Source: Thermoanaerobaculia bacterium
GTDB taxonomy: Bacteria > Acidobacteriota > Thermoanaerobaculia > Multivoradales > UBA5704
Reading direction: 5' to 3'
Assembly (NCBI GenBank): GCA_036399915.1
Contig: DASWME010000219.1
Coordinates: 343-64,342, forward strand
DNA: 64,000 nucleotides
Position 1 is the first letter of the stretch. Each line of letters starts with the position of its first letter. Below are positions 44,187-54,024 of this stretch, in pieces. The position numbers and the translations under genes are program-made. The notes beneath the pieces were generated by a model that had not been told where the DNA came from, did not search any database, and was given only the letters and a program-made list of their open reading frames with translations.

Positions 44187-45815
44187 TCACGCTTGAACGG
44201 AAACGGCTTCTCCCAGACCCATCGCCACCAGCTCCTCGTCGCCCTGGCGGGCGAAGAACTGCTGGATGCGCTCCCCCTCCCGGCGCCCGTCGAGATAGGC
44301 GCGGAACAGTCGCTCGATCACCCGGTGGACCTCGGTCCCCGGCACCCGCTTCAAGACCGGCCGGCCGATGGCCGCGTCCCGCCCGAGGCCGCCGCGCAGG
44401 AAGAGGTCGTAGCCGTGCAGCCTCTCGCCCGCCGGGCCGCGCTCGCGCAGCGTCGTCCCCTGCAGGCCGATGTCGCCGATCCAGTGGTGGGCGCAGGCGT
44501 GCGGGCAGCCGTCGAGGTTGAGCCGCAGGCCCGCCGCCTGCTGGCCGAAGACTCCCTCCAGGTGCTCGACGATCTCCTGGAGCTTCCCCTTGGTCTCGGC
44601 TACCGTGTAGTTGCAGAAGGGATCGCCCGTGCAGGCGATGCTCGCTCCCCGCAGCCCCATGCCCGCCCGCGGAAAGCCGAGGCCCTCCACGGCGCGCACC
44701 GCCTCGTCCACCCTCTCCTCCGGGATCTGGCTCAGGATGAAGTTCTGCCGCCGCGTGAGGCGGATCTCGCCGCCCCACTCCTCGACGAGGTCGGCCAGGC
44801 GCAGCATGGTCTCGCCGTTCATCAATCCCAGGTGGACCGGGAAGCCGGCGTAGAAGAGCCCCGCCTGGCGCTGGGGATGGATTCCGGTGTGGTCGTGCTC
44901 CTCCACGGGCGCGGGCGGCACCGAGCCATCGTCCAGCCGCCGGTCGAGCTTTTCCTCCACCCGGGCGCGGAAGGCTCCGGCCCCGAGGTCGTGCACCATG
45001 AACTTGAGGCGCGCCTTGGCCCGCGACAGGCGGTACCTGAGGTCCTCCCGCCAGACGTCCACGATGGCCCGCAGCACCGGCAGGGCTTCCTCCGCCGGCA
45101 CCCACACCCCGAGGTCGTCCGCCAAGCGCGGCCAGCTGGCGAGCCCGCCGCCCACCCGCACGGCGAAGCCCGGCCGGCCCTCCCGCAGCATGCCGATGAG
45201 GGCGATGCAATGGATCTCCGGCGCGTTGCACTGGTGGGGGCAGGCGGCGATGGTGATCTTGTGCTTGCGCGGCAGGTCCGAGTACTCGCGGTTGCGGATG
45301 AAGAACTCCGTCGCCTGCTCGATCAGGCCCTGGACCTCGAACAGCTCGCCGCGGTCGATGCCGGCCACCGGGCAGCCGGTGATGTTGCGCACGTTGTCGC
45401 CGCAGGCGCCGGTGGTGGTCATGCCCCCCTCGTCGAGGGCGCGCAGCACCTCGGGGAGCTTCGCCAGCTCGATCCAGTGGAGCTGGATGTTCTGCCGCGT
45501 GGTCAGCTCGCCATACCCGCGGCCGAACCGCTGGGAGATGCCGCCGATGACGCGCAGCTTCGCCGGGGTGAGGACGCCGCCGGGCACCTTCACCCGCAGC
45601 ATGAAGTACCCGACCTTCGGCTTGTCGTGGTACAGGCCGTACCACTGCATGCGCACGAAGTCCTCCTCGGGCACCGCCTCGTAGCCGGCCGCGATCATGG
45701 CAGGCAGGTCGTGGATCACGTCGAGGCCGCCCTTCTCGTGCTTCAGGCGCTCCACGAAGTTGCGCTTGCGGATCAGGTCCCAGGTGATCTCCGCCTGGGG
45801 CTCTCCTACTGGCAT
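44187..45815 (-). CDS. ferredoxin-dependent sulfite (nitrite/sulfite) reductase hemoprotein
   Basis: ...VRMQWYGLYHDKPKVGYFMLRVKVPGGVLTPAKLRVIGGISQRFGRGYGELTTRQNIQLHWI...TTGACGDNVRNITGCP...ACTGDPFCNY...GCPHACAHHW. ATG 45815 is preceded by GGAGGT (the track start GTG 45827 is 4 codons upstream). Confidence 0.9.
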   Translation of the reverse strand: MPVGEPQAEITWDLIRKRNFVERLKHEKGGLDVIHDLPAMIAAGYEAVPEEDFVRMQWYGLYHDKPKVGYFMLRVKVPGGVLTPAKLRVIGGISQRFGRGYGELTTRQNIQLHWIELAKLPEVLRALDEGGMTTTGACGDNVRNITGCPVAGIDRGELFEVQGLIEQATEFFIRNREYSDLPRKHKITIAACPHQCNAPEIHCIALIGMLREGRPGFAVRVGGGLASWPRLADDLGVWVPAEEALPVLRAIVDVWREDLRYRLSRAKARLKFMVHDLGAGAFRARVEEKLDRRLDDGSVPPAPVEEHDHTGIHPQRQAGLFYAGFPVHLGLMNGETMLRLADLVEEWGGEIRLTRRQNFILSQIPEERVDEAVRAVEGLGFPRAGMGLRGASIACTGDPFCNYTVAETKGKLQEIVEHLEGVFGQQAAGLRLNLDGCPHACAHHWIGDIGLQGTTLRERGPAGERLHGYDLFLRGGLGRDAAIGRPVLKRVPGTEVHRVIERLFRAYLDGRREGERIQQFFARQGDEELVAMGLGEAVSVQA

Positions 45816-46031
45816 CGATACCTCCACGCCTCCCCCGCGGGCGAGGGAGGTGTACGGATCACGCTTGCGGCCGGGTTGCGGCCGTCAAGTCGTCAGAAGC
45901 TGGGAATGGCTTTCCGGGGAGAGGCGGATGCGGACGGCCCGGAGCCGTTCACACCCGCTTGCTACAGATGCAATGCACCTGCTGAGGCGGGAGGGTGGTG
46001 GCGTTGAGGCTGCTGGAACTCATTTGTGACT

Positions 46032-46060
46032 AGATTAGTACCTTTCTCTCACCCTGTCTA
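46032..46060 (-). promoter_or_regulatory. candidate sigma-70-like promoter for the sulfite-reductase operon
   Basis: Minus strand: TAGACA (46060-46055), a 17-nt spacer, TAATCT (46037-46032), bracketed by ACTAG/CTAGT. It would give a 5' UTR of about 210 nt. Confidence 0.3.
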
Positions 46061-46634
46061 GTGCCGCCAGTTCATCCTGGCGGGACAGCCGCCGTCACCA
46101 CCGGGGGCGCGAGCTTCGAGGTGCGGCGCCGGCGACCGGATCATCTGCTTCGGGGAATCCCCAACGCGTTGCGAGACCTCCTTCATTCGCTGCGAAGTTA
46201 CGAAGGGCAGCTTGCGCCCCCCGGAAATCTGTTGCGAATGACTACCATGGCGCTGTGACTAGAAAAGGGCGCGCTCCACGGATCTCGTCCCATGCTGCCA
46301 GACCCACCCCATGCGCTGCGAGACCTTAGAGTCCCGCTGCAAGACCCGGGGCAGCATGCTGTCAACAATTCTTGGTTCGCAGCATTCCCTGCCAGGGGAG
46401 ACGCTCCCCTCTGACGGGTGGCAACATATTTCTGGAGGGCCGTGACTGCCCTCCAGGGGCACGCCTCGCGCAAGCGGACATTCGCAGCAACAGATGGGAG
46501 GGGTTGGTGCTAATTTTTCGGGGTCCCGTACCGCAATACCACAGGGCGCTGTCGGCCCTTGTTGGCTACGTCTTGGCGCTACACTCTTGGCGGACCCGGT
46601 GCGAGGGTCCAGGACTTCGGGAGGAGGGCGCGGA

Positions 46635-46988
46635 ATGGCGGTCCCCGGTGCCAAAAGGCGGATCGAAGAGGTGGTGCTCACCTGGCCCGGTGTGGTCTCC
46701 CAGCCGCACCGGTTCGGCGGCACCGAGTTCAACCTGGGCAAGCGCGAGGTGGGGCACATCCACGGCGACCACCTGCTGGACATCGCGTTCCCCCGGCCGG
46801 TGCGGAACGAGGTGGTCGCGGCCGGCGAGGCGCAGCCGCACCACATCCTCCCGGACACCGGCTGGGTGAGCTTCTATATCAGGAAGGAAGAGGACGTCGA
46901 CCACGCGGTCGCCCTCCTCCGCCGCTCCTACGAGCTGGCCCGCGAGCAGCAGGAGAGGAAGTACGGCGGGCAGATCCCGGCTCGGTAG
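46635..46988 (+). CDS. small conserved protein (luciferase-like/DUF5519-type by recollection)
   Basis: MAVPGAKRRIEEVVLTWPGVVSQPHRFGGTEFNLGKREVGHIHGDHLLDIAFPRPVRNEVV...GWVSFYIRKEEDVDHAVALLRRSYELA. ATG 46635 chosen inside track ORF 46494-46988. Confidence 0.55.
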   Translation: MAVPGAKRRIEEVVLTWPGVVSQPHRFGGTEFNLGKREVGHIHGDHLLDIAFPRPVRNEVVAAGEAQPHHILPDTGWVSFYIRKEEDVDHAVALLRRSYELAREQQERKYGGQIPAR

Positions 46989-46989
46989 G

Positions 46990-48609
46990 ATGGAAAGACC
47001 GATCCAAGCTGACGCGAGGGTGGCGAAGGCTGACGCTCCGTCGTCCCCCTGGAGACCGCTGCGCCACCCGATCTTCCGCTGGCTGTGGATCGCCAGTGTC
47101 GCCTCCAATATCGGCACCTGGTTCCAGAACGTCGGCGCGTCATGGCTGATGACTACCCTCAGCCCGTCGCCGACCCTGGTGGCGCTCGTCCAAGCGGCTA
47201 CCAGCCTGCCGATGTTCCTGCTGTCGCTGCCGGCCGGGGCCGTCGCTGACGTGGTGGACCGACGCCGTCTGCTCTTGGTCACCCAGGGCTGGATGACCCT
47301 GGCGGCCTTTGGCCTCTGGGCCTTCACGGCGGCCGGGGCCACGACGCCCTGGACCCTCCTCACCTTCACCTTCCTCCTGGGGCTGGGCGCGGCCCTGAAC
47401 GCGCCGGCCTGGCAGGCGAGCATCCCCGAGATGGTGCCGCGGGAGGACCTCCCCGGTGCCGTCATGCTGGGAAGCGTGGGCTTCAACATCGCCCGGGCCG
47501 CGGGCCCCGCCCTGGCCGGCCTGGTCGTGGCGGCCGCCGGCCCGGCCGTCACCTTCCTGGTGAACGCCATCTCTTTCCTGGGCGTGGTGGTCGTGCTCTT
47601 CTTCTGGCGTCGGCCCGCCAGAGAAGCAGTGCTGCCGGGCGAGCGCATCCTGGGTGCCATGACCACCGGCTTGCGCTACGTCCGTCACGCTCCAGAGGTG
47701 ATCGCTCCCATCGTGCGCGGCTGCACGTTCGTCCTCTGCGGGGCTTCGCTGTGGGCCCTCCTGCCGCTGGTGGCGCGGCAGGAGCTGAAATCCGGGCCCG
47801 AGGGCTATGGCCTCCTCCTCGGCGCCCTCGGGGTCGGCGCGGTGGCTGGCGCCATGGTCCTCCCCCGCCTCAAGCGGAACAACTCGACAGGCGGGGTCGT
47901 CACCGCGGCCACGCTAGTCTTCGCCGCGGCCACGGTCGCGCTGGCCGGGGTGCGGGAGTTCTGGCTGCTGATGCTCGCCATGCTGCTCGCCGGCGGCGCG
48001 TGGCTCTCCCTGCTCTCCAGCCTCAACGTGGCGGTGCAGACGGTGGTCCCCTCCTGGGTGCGGGGCCGCGCCCTCTCGGTCTACATGCTGATCTTCTTCG
48101 GCGGGCTCGCGGGCGGCAGCGCGCTCTGGGGCGCCGTAGCCGAGCGCATCGGCATCTCCGAGGCCCTCCTCGTCTCGGCCGCCGGCATGATCGTCGGCCT
48201 TGCCGCGACGTTCCGCATCCCCCTGCGCTCCGGTGAAGGGCTCAACCTCGCCCCCTCGCGCCAGTGGCCGGCTCCCATCGTGGCGCACGACCTCGAGCCC
48301 GACCGCGGCCCGGTGCTGGTGACGGTCCAGTACCGGATCGATCCCGCCCGCGCCGCTGAGTTCGCCGCGGCCATGCGCGACGTCCGCCGCATCCGCCTGC
48401 GGGACGGCGCCATGCAGTGGGGTCTCTTCGTGGACGCGGCGGACCCCGCCCTCTACACCGAGGTCTTCCTCGTCAGCTCCTGGGTCGAGCACCTGCGCCA
48501 GCACGAGCGGGTGACGGTCGCCGACCGCGACATCGAAGAGCGCGCCCGCGCCTTCCACATCGGCCCGCAGCGGCCGGTCGTCCAGCACCTCGTCGCCGAG
48601 ACCGCGTAG
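46990..48609 (+). CDS. MFS transporter (EntS/MFS_3-like) with a soluble C-terminal extension
   Basis: ...FRWLWIASVASNIGTWFQNVGASWLMTTLSPSPTLVALVQAATSLPMFLLSLPAGAVADVVDRRRLLL.... About 12 TM helices, then a non-membrane tail of about 110 aa. Confidence 0.8.
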   Translation: MERPIQADARVAKADAPSSPWRPLRHPIFRWLWIASVASNIGTWFQNVGASWLMTTLSPSPTLVALVQAATSLPMFLLSLPAGAVADVVDRRRLLLVTQGWMTLAAFGLWAFTAAGATTPWTLLTFTFLLGLGAALNAPAWQASIPEMVPREDLPGAVMLGSVGFNIARAAGPALAGLVVAAAGPAVTFLVNAISFLGVVVVLFFWRRPAREAVLPGERILGAMTTGLRYVRHAPEVIAPIVRGCTFVLCGASLWALLPLVARQELKSGPEGYGLLLGALGVGAVAGAMVLPRLKRNNSTGGVVTAATLVFAAATVALAGVREFWLLMLAMLLAGGAWLSLLSSLNVAVQTVVPSWVRGRALSVYMLIFFGGLAGGSALWGAVAERIGISEALLVSAAGMIVGLAATFRIPLRSGEGLNLAPSRQWPAPIVAHDLEPDRGPVLVTVQYRIDPARAAEFAAAMRDVRRIRLRDGAMQWGLFVDAADPALYTEVFLVSSWVEHLRQHERVTVADRDIEERARAFHIGPQRPVVQHLVAETA

Positions 48610-48636
48610 CGGAGGCGCTGGGGGGAACTTCCCGGC

Positions 48637-50517
48637 TCACTCGAACCCGAGGACCCGCTCCCGCCCCCGCTCCAGGCCCAGGGTGCGGTCGAGGTTGAAG
48701 GCGGCGCTGATGACGGCCAGGTGGGTGAAAGCCTGGGGGAAGTTGCCCAGGGCCTCGCCCCGCAGGCCGGTCTGCTCGGCGTAGAGCCCCAGGTGGTTGG
48801 CATAGCCGAGCATGCGCTCGAAGAGGAGGCGGGCTTCCTCGAGCAGCCTGGGCTCGACGCGGCCGGCGCGGGTCAGGGCCTCGACGAGCCAGAAGGTGCA
48901 CATGTTGAAGGTCCCCTCGTCGCCGGGCAGGCCGTCCACCCCGCGGCTGGTGTTGTAGCGGTAGACGAGGCCGTCGGAGAGCAGGCCGCCCTGATCCGGC
49001 GGCCGGCGGATCGCCTCCAGGGTCTTCAGCATGCGGGGATCGTTCGGCGCCACGAAGAAGACCAGCGGCATGATCAGGTTCGAGGCGTCGAGCCACTCGC
49101 TGCCGTAGGACTGGACGAACGCCTGGCGCTGGGGGCTCCAGCCCTCTTTCATGATGCTCTCGTAGATCTCGTCGCGGACGGCGAGCCACTGCTGGCGGTT
49201 GGTGGGGAACGAGCGCTTGTCCGACAGGCGCAGGCCGCGGTCCATGGCCACCCAGCACATCAGCTTGGAGTAGACGAACTGCCGCCGGCCGCCCCTGACC
49301 TCCCAGATCCCCTCGTCCTCCCGCTGCCAATTCTCGGCGACGTAGTGCAAAAGCTCCCGCAGGTGGAGCCAGGTGTCGTGGGAGATGGGCGAGGCGTACT
49401 TGTTGTAGAGGTAGACCGAGTCCATCAGCTCGCCGTAGATGTCGAGCTGGAGCTGGTTGTAGGCGCCGTTACCGATGCGCACCGGCCGCGAGCACCGGTA
49501 GCCTTCCAGGTGGTCGAGGGTCTGCTCGGTCAGGTCCCGCCGGCCGTCGATGCCGTAGACGATCTGCAGGCCCGCGTCGCGGTCGGCCTCGGCGCAGCGG
49601 GCGTCGATCCAGCTCATGAACTGCGCCGCCTCCTCGGTGAGGCCGATCCGCAGCAGGGCGTAGACGGTGAAGGCGGCGTCGCGCAGCCAGGTGTAGCGGT
49701 AGTCCCAGTTGCGCACGCCGCCCGGATGCTCGGGCAGGCTGCAGGTGGGCGCCGCCACGATAGCTCCCGTGGGCTGGAAGGTGAGGAGCTTGAGCGCCAG
49801 GGCCGAGCGGTGGATCATCTCGCGCCAGCGGCCGTGGTAGGTGCAGGCCGAGATCCAGCGGCGCCAGAAGGCGACGGTGCGCTGGAACAGCGCCTCGGTC
49901 TCCTCGGGCGAGGGGCCCCGGCCGCAGCCGCCGCTGGGATCGACCGGGCGGAGGACGAACGTCGCGTTCTCCCCCTCCTTGAGGGTGAACTCGCAGGCGA
50001 CGCCCCGCTCGTCCTTCGTCAGCGGCACGTCCGTGGCGAGCCCGAGGCTTAAGCCCTTGGAGTGGAAGCAGGCTCCCCCCTTCTCGATCACCGTCTCGTG
50101 AGAGGCGCGCGCATAGTCGAAGGCCGGGTGGCAGCGCAGCCGGAACTTGAGGGCACCGCGCACCAGCCGCACCCGGCAGATGAGGTGGTCCCGCCAGGCC
50201 CCCTCCGCCGGCCGGCCCACCGGCATGAAGTCCTCGATCTCCCCCACCCCGTCCGCCGACAGGAAGCGGGTGACCAGGACGTTGGTCTCGGGCCAGTAGA
50301 GCTGCTTGGTGGCCGCTCCGTCGCCGACCGGCGCGATCTCGAACCGTCCGCCCTTCTCGTCGTCCAGGATGGCTCCGAAGACGCTCGGCGAATCGAAGTA
50401 CGGAAAGCAGTACCAGTCGATGGAGCCGTGCCGGCCCACCAGCGCCACCGTCCGCATGTTGCCGATGATTCCGTAGTCCTCGATGGGCTGATAGGCCACG
50501 CCGGAAGACCGGTGCAA
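48637..50517 (-). CDS. glycoside hydrolase family 15 (glucoamylase/trehalase-like)
   Basis: [44 protein letters not shown]...[16 protein letters not shown]...LGLYAEQ.... Confidence 0.88.
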   Translation of the reverse strand: MHRSSGVAYQPIEDYGIIGNMRTVALVGRHGSIDWYCFPYFDSPSVFGAILDDEKGGRFEIAPVGDGAATKQLYWPETNVLVTRFLSADGVGEIEDFMPVGRPAEGAWRDHLICRVRLVRGALKFRLRCHPAFDYARASHETVIEKGGACFHSKGLSLGLATDVPLTKDERGVACEFTLKEGENATFVLRPVDPSGGCGRGPSPEETEALFQRTVAFWRRWISACTYHGRWREMIHRSALALKLLTFQPTGAIVAAPTCSLPEHPGGVRNWDYRYTWLRDAAFTVYALLRIGLTEEAAQFMSWIDARCAEADRDAGLQIVYGIDGRRDLTEQTLDHLEGYRCSRPVRIGNGAYNQLQLDIYGELMDSVYLYNKYASPISHDTWLHLRELLHYVAENWQREDEGIWEVRGGRRQFVYSKLMCWVAMDRGLRLSDKRSFPTNRQQWLAVRDEIYESIMKEGWSPQRQAFVQSYGSEWLDASNLIMPLVFFVAPNDPRMLKTLEAIRRPPDQGGLLSDGLVYRYNTSRGVDGLPGDEGTFNMCTFWLVEALTRAGRVEPRLLEEARLLFERMLGYANHLGLYAEQTGLRGEALGNFPQAFTHLAVISAAFNLDRTLGLERGRERVLGFE

Positions 50518-50801
50518 CTTGCTTGCCGATCTCTCGCCTGCGGTCTGTTAAGCTCATCCCGTCCCCATGCGCCGAAGCATCCTCTTCCTCCTCTGCGCCC
50601 TGCTGCCGGCCCTCGCCTGCCGGAGGACCCCGACACCCGCGCCGAGGACCACCCCTCCGCCGCCGGCACCGGAGATCGCCCACGCCGGAGATCCAGCGGG
50701 TGCTGGGACAGGTGACGGGAATGTAAGACTGCCCTCTCGGGTGTGAGGCGGCGAAAAGCGTGCCGGGCCGGCGATCTACGCCGGTCCGGCGTGGTGAGAC
50801 T

Positions 50802-51581
50802 CTAGTAATAGTAGAAACCGCTGGTGCAGTGCACCCCCTCGTCCTCCTGGTGGCAAACATCGGATGCCACCTTCTGGGGGAAGGGCGACTGGCCGGCGGC
50901 GAAGTTCGAGATGCCGGGCAGGAAGGTGTCAGGCGCCCCGTCGCTGTCGGTATCGACCTTCACGAAACCCTCGGCAGGGCCGGCGGGTCGGTCAAGGGCG
51001 GACCAGTAGGCGATGGGGGCGGGCGGGAAGCGCAGGGCCTTGCGCAGCTCGAGAGCTTCCGTGGTGACCCGTCCGATGGGCGTGAAGCTGAGCTTGACGT
51101 TGACCCAGATCGGCGCCCAGAAACGGCCGCCCTTCGCGTTGTCCCGCACGATGCGCATGGTGGTGATCGGCTGCTCGCCATCGAGCGTCACGTTGAGCTT
51201 GAAGTCGCCGCAGGCGGTCTTCACCGGAGCCACGCTCTCGAACTGCATGGCGCGCATCTGGATGCGCGTCGTCGCCACCCCCCGCTTGTTGAACGCGGCG
51301 TTGTCGAGGCGCTGGATGATCGTGTCGGTGGCGCCCAGGACACCGGGCTGGCCGGTGGCGATGGGAACCCCCCTGAGCACGACCTTGCCGGTGAAGGGCG
51401 CCGACCTGGAGCAGAAGAACCCGGCCGGGATCACCTCCTTGGAGAAGTCGGCGAACGTCCTGCCGTTTCCCTTGGTAATCCAGAGATCGATCCCGTTGAC
51501 GATCGTGCGGTTGGCGGCGAAGGCCGGCACCGCGAGCAGGACTGCGAAAGCGATGATCAGAAGCGTGGAAAGCCTCTTCAT
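50802..51581 (-). CDS. secreted protein of unknown function (259 aa)
   Basis: MKRLSTLLIIAFAVLLAVPAFA|ANRT... signal peptide. SD AAGGAGAGGAG lies upstream of ATG 51581. C-terminal CHQEDEGVHCTSGFYYY. No family recognised. Confidence 0.6.
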   Translation of the reverse strand: MKRLSTLLIIAFAVLLAVPAFAANRTIVNGIDLWITKGNGRTFADFSKEVIPAGFFCSRSAPFTGKVVLRGVPIATGQPGVLGATDTIIQRLDNAAFNKRGVATTRIQMRAMQFESVAPVKTACGDFKLNVTLDGEQPITTMRIVRDNAKGGRFWAPIWVNVKLSFTPIGRVTTEALELRKALRFPPAPIAYWSALDRPAGPAEGFVKVDTDSDGAPDTFLPGISNFAAGQSPFPQKVASDVCHQEDEGVHCTSGFYYY

Positions 51582-51715
51582 GAGGTTTCTCCTCTCCTTA
51601 TTGAGATAGGGGTTGGGGATTTCGCAAAAGGATCCCACAATGAACGCGCGCCGCGGCGGAGCGCGTGCTCCAGGACGGGAGGGGATGGAAGACGGGCTAG
51701 CTTCCAAGGCAGGGT

Positions 51716-51731
51716 ATCCGAAATTTCGGAT
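51716..51731. promoter_or_regulatory. perfect 16-bp palindrome in a divergent intergenic region (candidate operator)
   Basis: ATCCGAAATTTCGGAT, located between the secreted-protein gene (start 51581, minus strand) and the S41 peptidase gene (start 51809, plus strand). Confidence 0.4.
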
Positions 51732-51808
51732 CTCCTCTAATTAAAAGGTGCTGTCTCCCCCCTCCCGCGAGCCGGGGACTTTCTACCCTCTGCTAGGCTC
51801 CGCCCAAT

Positions 51809-53005
51809 ATGAGACGGCATAGAGCTCTCGCGACGGTCCTCCTCGTCTTGACGGCGATCCGGCTCGCGGCAGAGCCGCCGTCCAAGGACTTCCGAGCCCT
51901 CGGCCATGAGGTCGTCCGACTGGTCAAGGAGCGCTTCTACGACCCCACCCGCTCCGAGCCTTGGGCGGCGGAGAACGCGGACTATGCCGCCGCGATCCGC
52001 GACGCCGAGACCTTCCGCCGCGAGACCCGGCGCCGGCTCGCGGAGCTGCGCGCCTCCCACACCGAGCACTACACGCCGGACGATCCCGGCTACCGCGACC
52101 TGCTCTCCATCTTCGAGCCGGTCCTCAAGCGGTCCGCGGCAGGCGAGAACTTGGGTCTCGCCGCTGTGGAGCGGGAGGGTGGCTGGTTCGTGTTCCGGAC
52201 CTTCGCGGGCGGTCCGGCCGAGGCCGCGGGGCTGCGCCGGGGGGATCGGATCGTCGCCGTGGACGGCGAGCCCTTCCATCCGGTGAGGTCCCTGCGAGGG
52301 CGGGCAGGGCGCCGGATCGTCCTCGAAGTCCAGAGCCGCCGGGACGGGCCGGTGCGCACGGTCTCCGTCAGGCCGTGGATCACCGATCCCAAGCGAGAAT
52401 GGCTGGATGCCCAGAAGGCCGGAAGCCACATCCTGGAGCGGCAGGGACGGCGCATCGGGTACGTGCCGATCTGGTCCTGCGCGGGAGTGGACTACCAGGA
52501 GGCGTTGAACGAGGCGCTGGCGAAGCCCCTTGCGGACGCCGACGCCCTGGTGATTGACCTACGCGGCGGCTGGGGCGGGTGCAACCCGGATTTCGTCGGC
52601 CTATTCGATCCTGCCGTGCCGGACCTCACCCGGATCGACCGCGACGGCCACCGTTCCGTCTTTCGATCAGCTTGGCGCAAACCGCTCGTTGCACTGATCG
52701 ACGGCGGCTCGCGGAGCGGCAAGGAGATGGTGGCCCGTGCGCTCCAGCGGAGCCGCAGGGCCGTCCTGGTAGGCGAGCGCACGGCGGGAGCCGTGCTCGC
52801 CGGCCGGCCGTTTCTCCTCGCGGACGGCTCGCTGCTCCTCCTAGCCGTGGAGGACATTCTTGTCGACGGCGAGCGGCTGGAGGGGATCGGAGTGACGCCG
52901 GACGTGCCCGTCCCGGCGGACCTCCCCTACGCCGAGGGACGGGATCCGCAGCTCGAGCGGGCCCTCGACGTGGCGGTGGGGCGGACCGGCGGCGCTTCGC
53001 TGTAG
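51809..53005 (+). CDS. S41-family (C-terminal processing/tail-specific-like) serine peptidase with PDZ domain
   Basis: Signal peptide. PDZ segment ...FVFRTFAGGPAEAAGLRRGDRIVAVDGEPF.... LVIDLRGGWGG...ALIDGGSRSGKEMVARAL.... Confidence 0.8.
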   Translation: MRRHRALATVLLVLTAIRLAAEPPSKDFRALGHEVVRLVKERFYDPTRSEPWAAENADYAAAIRDAETFRRETRRRLAELRASHTEHYTPDDPGYRDLLSIFEPVLKRSAAGENLGLAAVEREGGWFVFRTFAGGPAEAAGLRRGDRIVAVDGEPFHPVRSLRGRAGRRIVLEVQSRRDGPVRTVSVRPWITDPKREWLDAQKAGSHILERQGRRIGYVPIWSCAGVDYQEALNEALAKPLADADALVIDLRGGWGGCNPDFVGLFDPAVPDLTRIDRDGHRSVFRSAWRKPLVALIDGGSRSGKEMVARALQRSRRAVLVGERTAGAVLAGRPFLLADGSLLLLAVEDILVDGERLEGIGVTPDVPVPADLPYAEGRDPQLERALDVAVGRTGGASL

Positions 53006-53008
53006 CGA

Positions 53009-53094
53009 CCTCACCCCAGCCCCTCTCCTAAAGGAGAGGGGCTTCATGTTTACCGTTCCCCCTCTCCTTTAGGAGAGGGGGCCAGGGGGTGAGG
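53009..53094. repeat. REP-like family A, inverted pair
   Basis: CCTCACCCCAGCCCCTCTCCTAAAGGAGAGGGG (53009-53041) and CCCCCTCTCCTTTAGGAGAGGGGGCCAGGGGGTGAGG (53058-53094). It overlaps the last codons of the hydrolase gene (translation ...LAPSPKGEGER). Confidence 0.85.
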
Positions 53095-53937
53095 TTTCGC
53101 GGGCGAGCCAATCGACTTCAGAAAATCCCCAATCTCTTCCCAGACCTGCCGCCGACCCAGCAGGTCGTTGTGCGCCGCGCCACGGACCTCGACCCAGCGG
53201 GTGGGGCCGGCCAGCAGGGAGGCGATCTCCCGCCCCTGCCCCACCGGGATCAGGTCGTCCCGCTCGCCGTGGACGACCAGGGCGGGCACGCGGATGCTCC
53301 GCGCCACCTCGCGGGAGTCGTAGCGTTCCCGCAGCATCGCCTTGACGGCGAACGCCGGGAAGATCTCCGAGGCCACCTCGGCCAGCGTGGTCCAGGGGGA
53401 CAGGGCGATCAGGCCGCGCACCTCCCCGGGATGACGGGCGACGAGGGCGATGGCCAGCGCCGCGCCTAGCGACCAGCCGGCGACGACGACAGGCCGCTCC
53501 GGGTGCCGCTCGCGTGCCCATGCCAGAGCGGCCTCGCCGGTGGCGATCAGCCCCTCCTCGGAAGGCGTCCCCGTGCTCCGGCCGTAGCCGGGGAAGTCCG
53601 TGGCGAGGACCGCCACCCCCAACCCGTCCAGCTCCTCGAAGAAACCCGCCCAGCGCAGCGTCTCCAGGTTCTCGCCATTGCCGTGGAAGAAGAGGACGAC
53701 CGGTGCCTCAGGCCTCAGGCCGGGAGCGGCCAGGGCCCAGGCCCCGACGCGCTCGCCGGTCGCGAGATCGAGCCGCACCTCCTCCAGCGGCGCCGGCGGC
53801 GGCGAGGGCACCGGCACCGAAGGCGCGGGATAGAGCATCTGGCGGGCGAAGGCGTCGAGCATGGAAGGCAGTAGAGCCCCGGCCATGATGGCCAGTAGGA
53901 AGATGACGGCGACAAGTCTAGACCATCGGCGGGTCAT
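53050..53937 (-). CDS. alpha/beta-fold hydrolase (membrane-anchored or secreted)
   Basis: ...VVLFFHGNGENLETL...TDFPGYGRSTG...VVAGWSLGAALAIAL (GxSxG) ...VVHGERDDLIP...AAHNDL. Confidence 0.82.
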   Translation of the reverse strand: MTRRWSRLVAVIFLLAIMAGALLPSMLDAFARQMLYPAPSVPVPSPPPAPLEEVRLDLATGERVGAWALAAPGLRPEAPVVLFFHGNGENLETLRWAGFFEELDGLGVAVLATDFPGYGRSTGTPSEEGLIATGEAALAWARERHPERPVVVAGWSLGAALAIALVARHPGEVRGLIALSPWTTLAEVASEIFPAFAVKAMLRERYDSREVARSIRVPALVVHGERDDLIPVGQGREIASLLAGPTRWVEVRGAAHNDLLGRRQVWEEIGDFLKSIGSPAKPHPLAPSPKGEGER

Positions 53938-54024
53938 GATCTTGTCAGAACTCGCCCATCACCTCCCCGCAGAGCGCCTCCCAGGGCCGCAAGGTTGACG
54001 CGCCGGCCGCGCTCGCCCCTTCCG

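Noticed and set aside
50567-50746. 59-aa ORF with a lipoprotein-like N-terminus (MRRSILFLLCALLPALAC...) in the gap between GH15 and the secreted-protein gene.
   Set aside because: There is no Shine-Dalgarno. The lipobox is non-canonical (A-L-A-C). The remainder is Pro/Thr/Gly low-complexity typical of chance ORFs in GC-rich DNA. It could be revisited if conserved in relatives.
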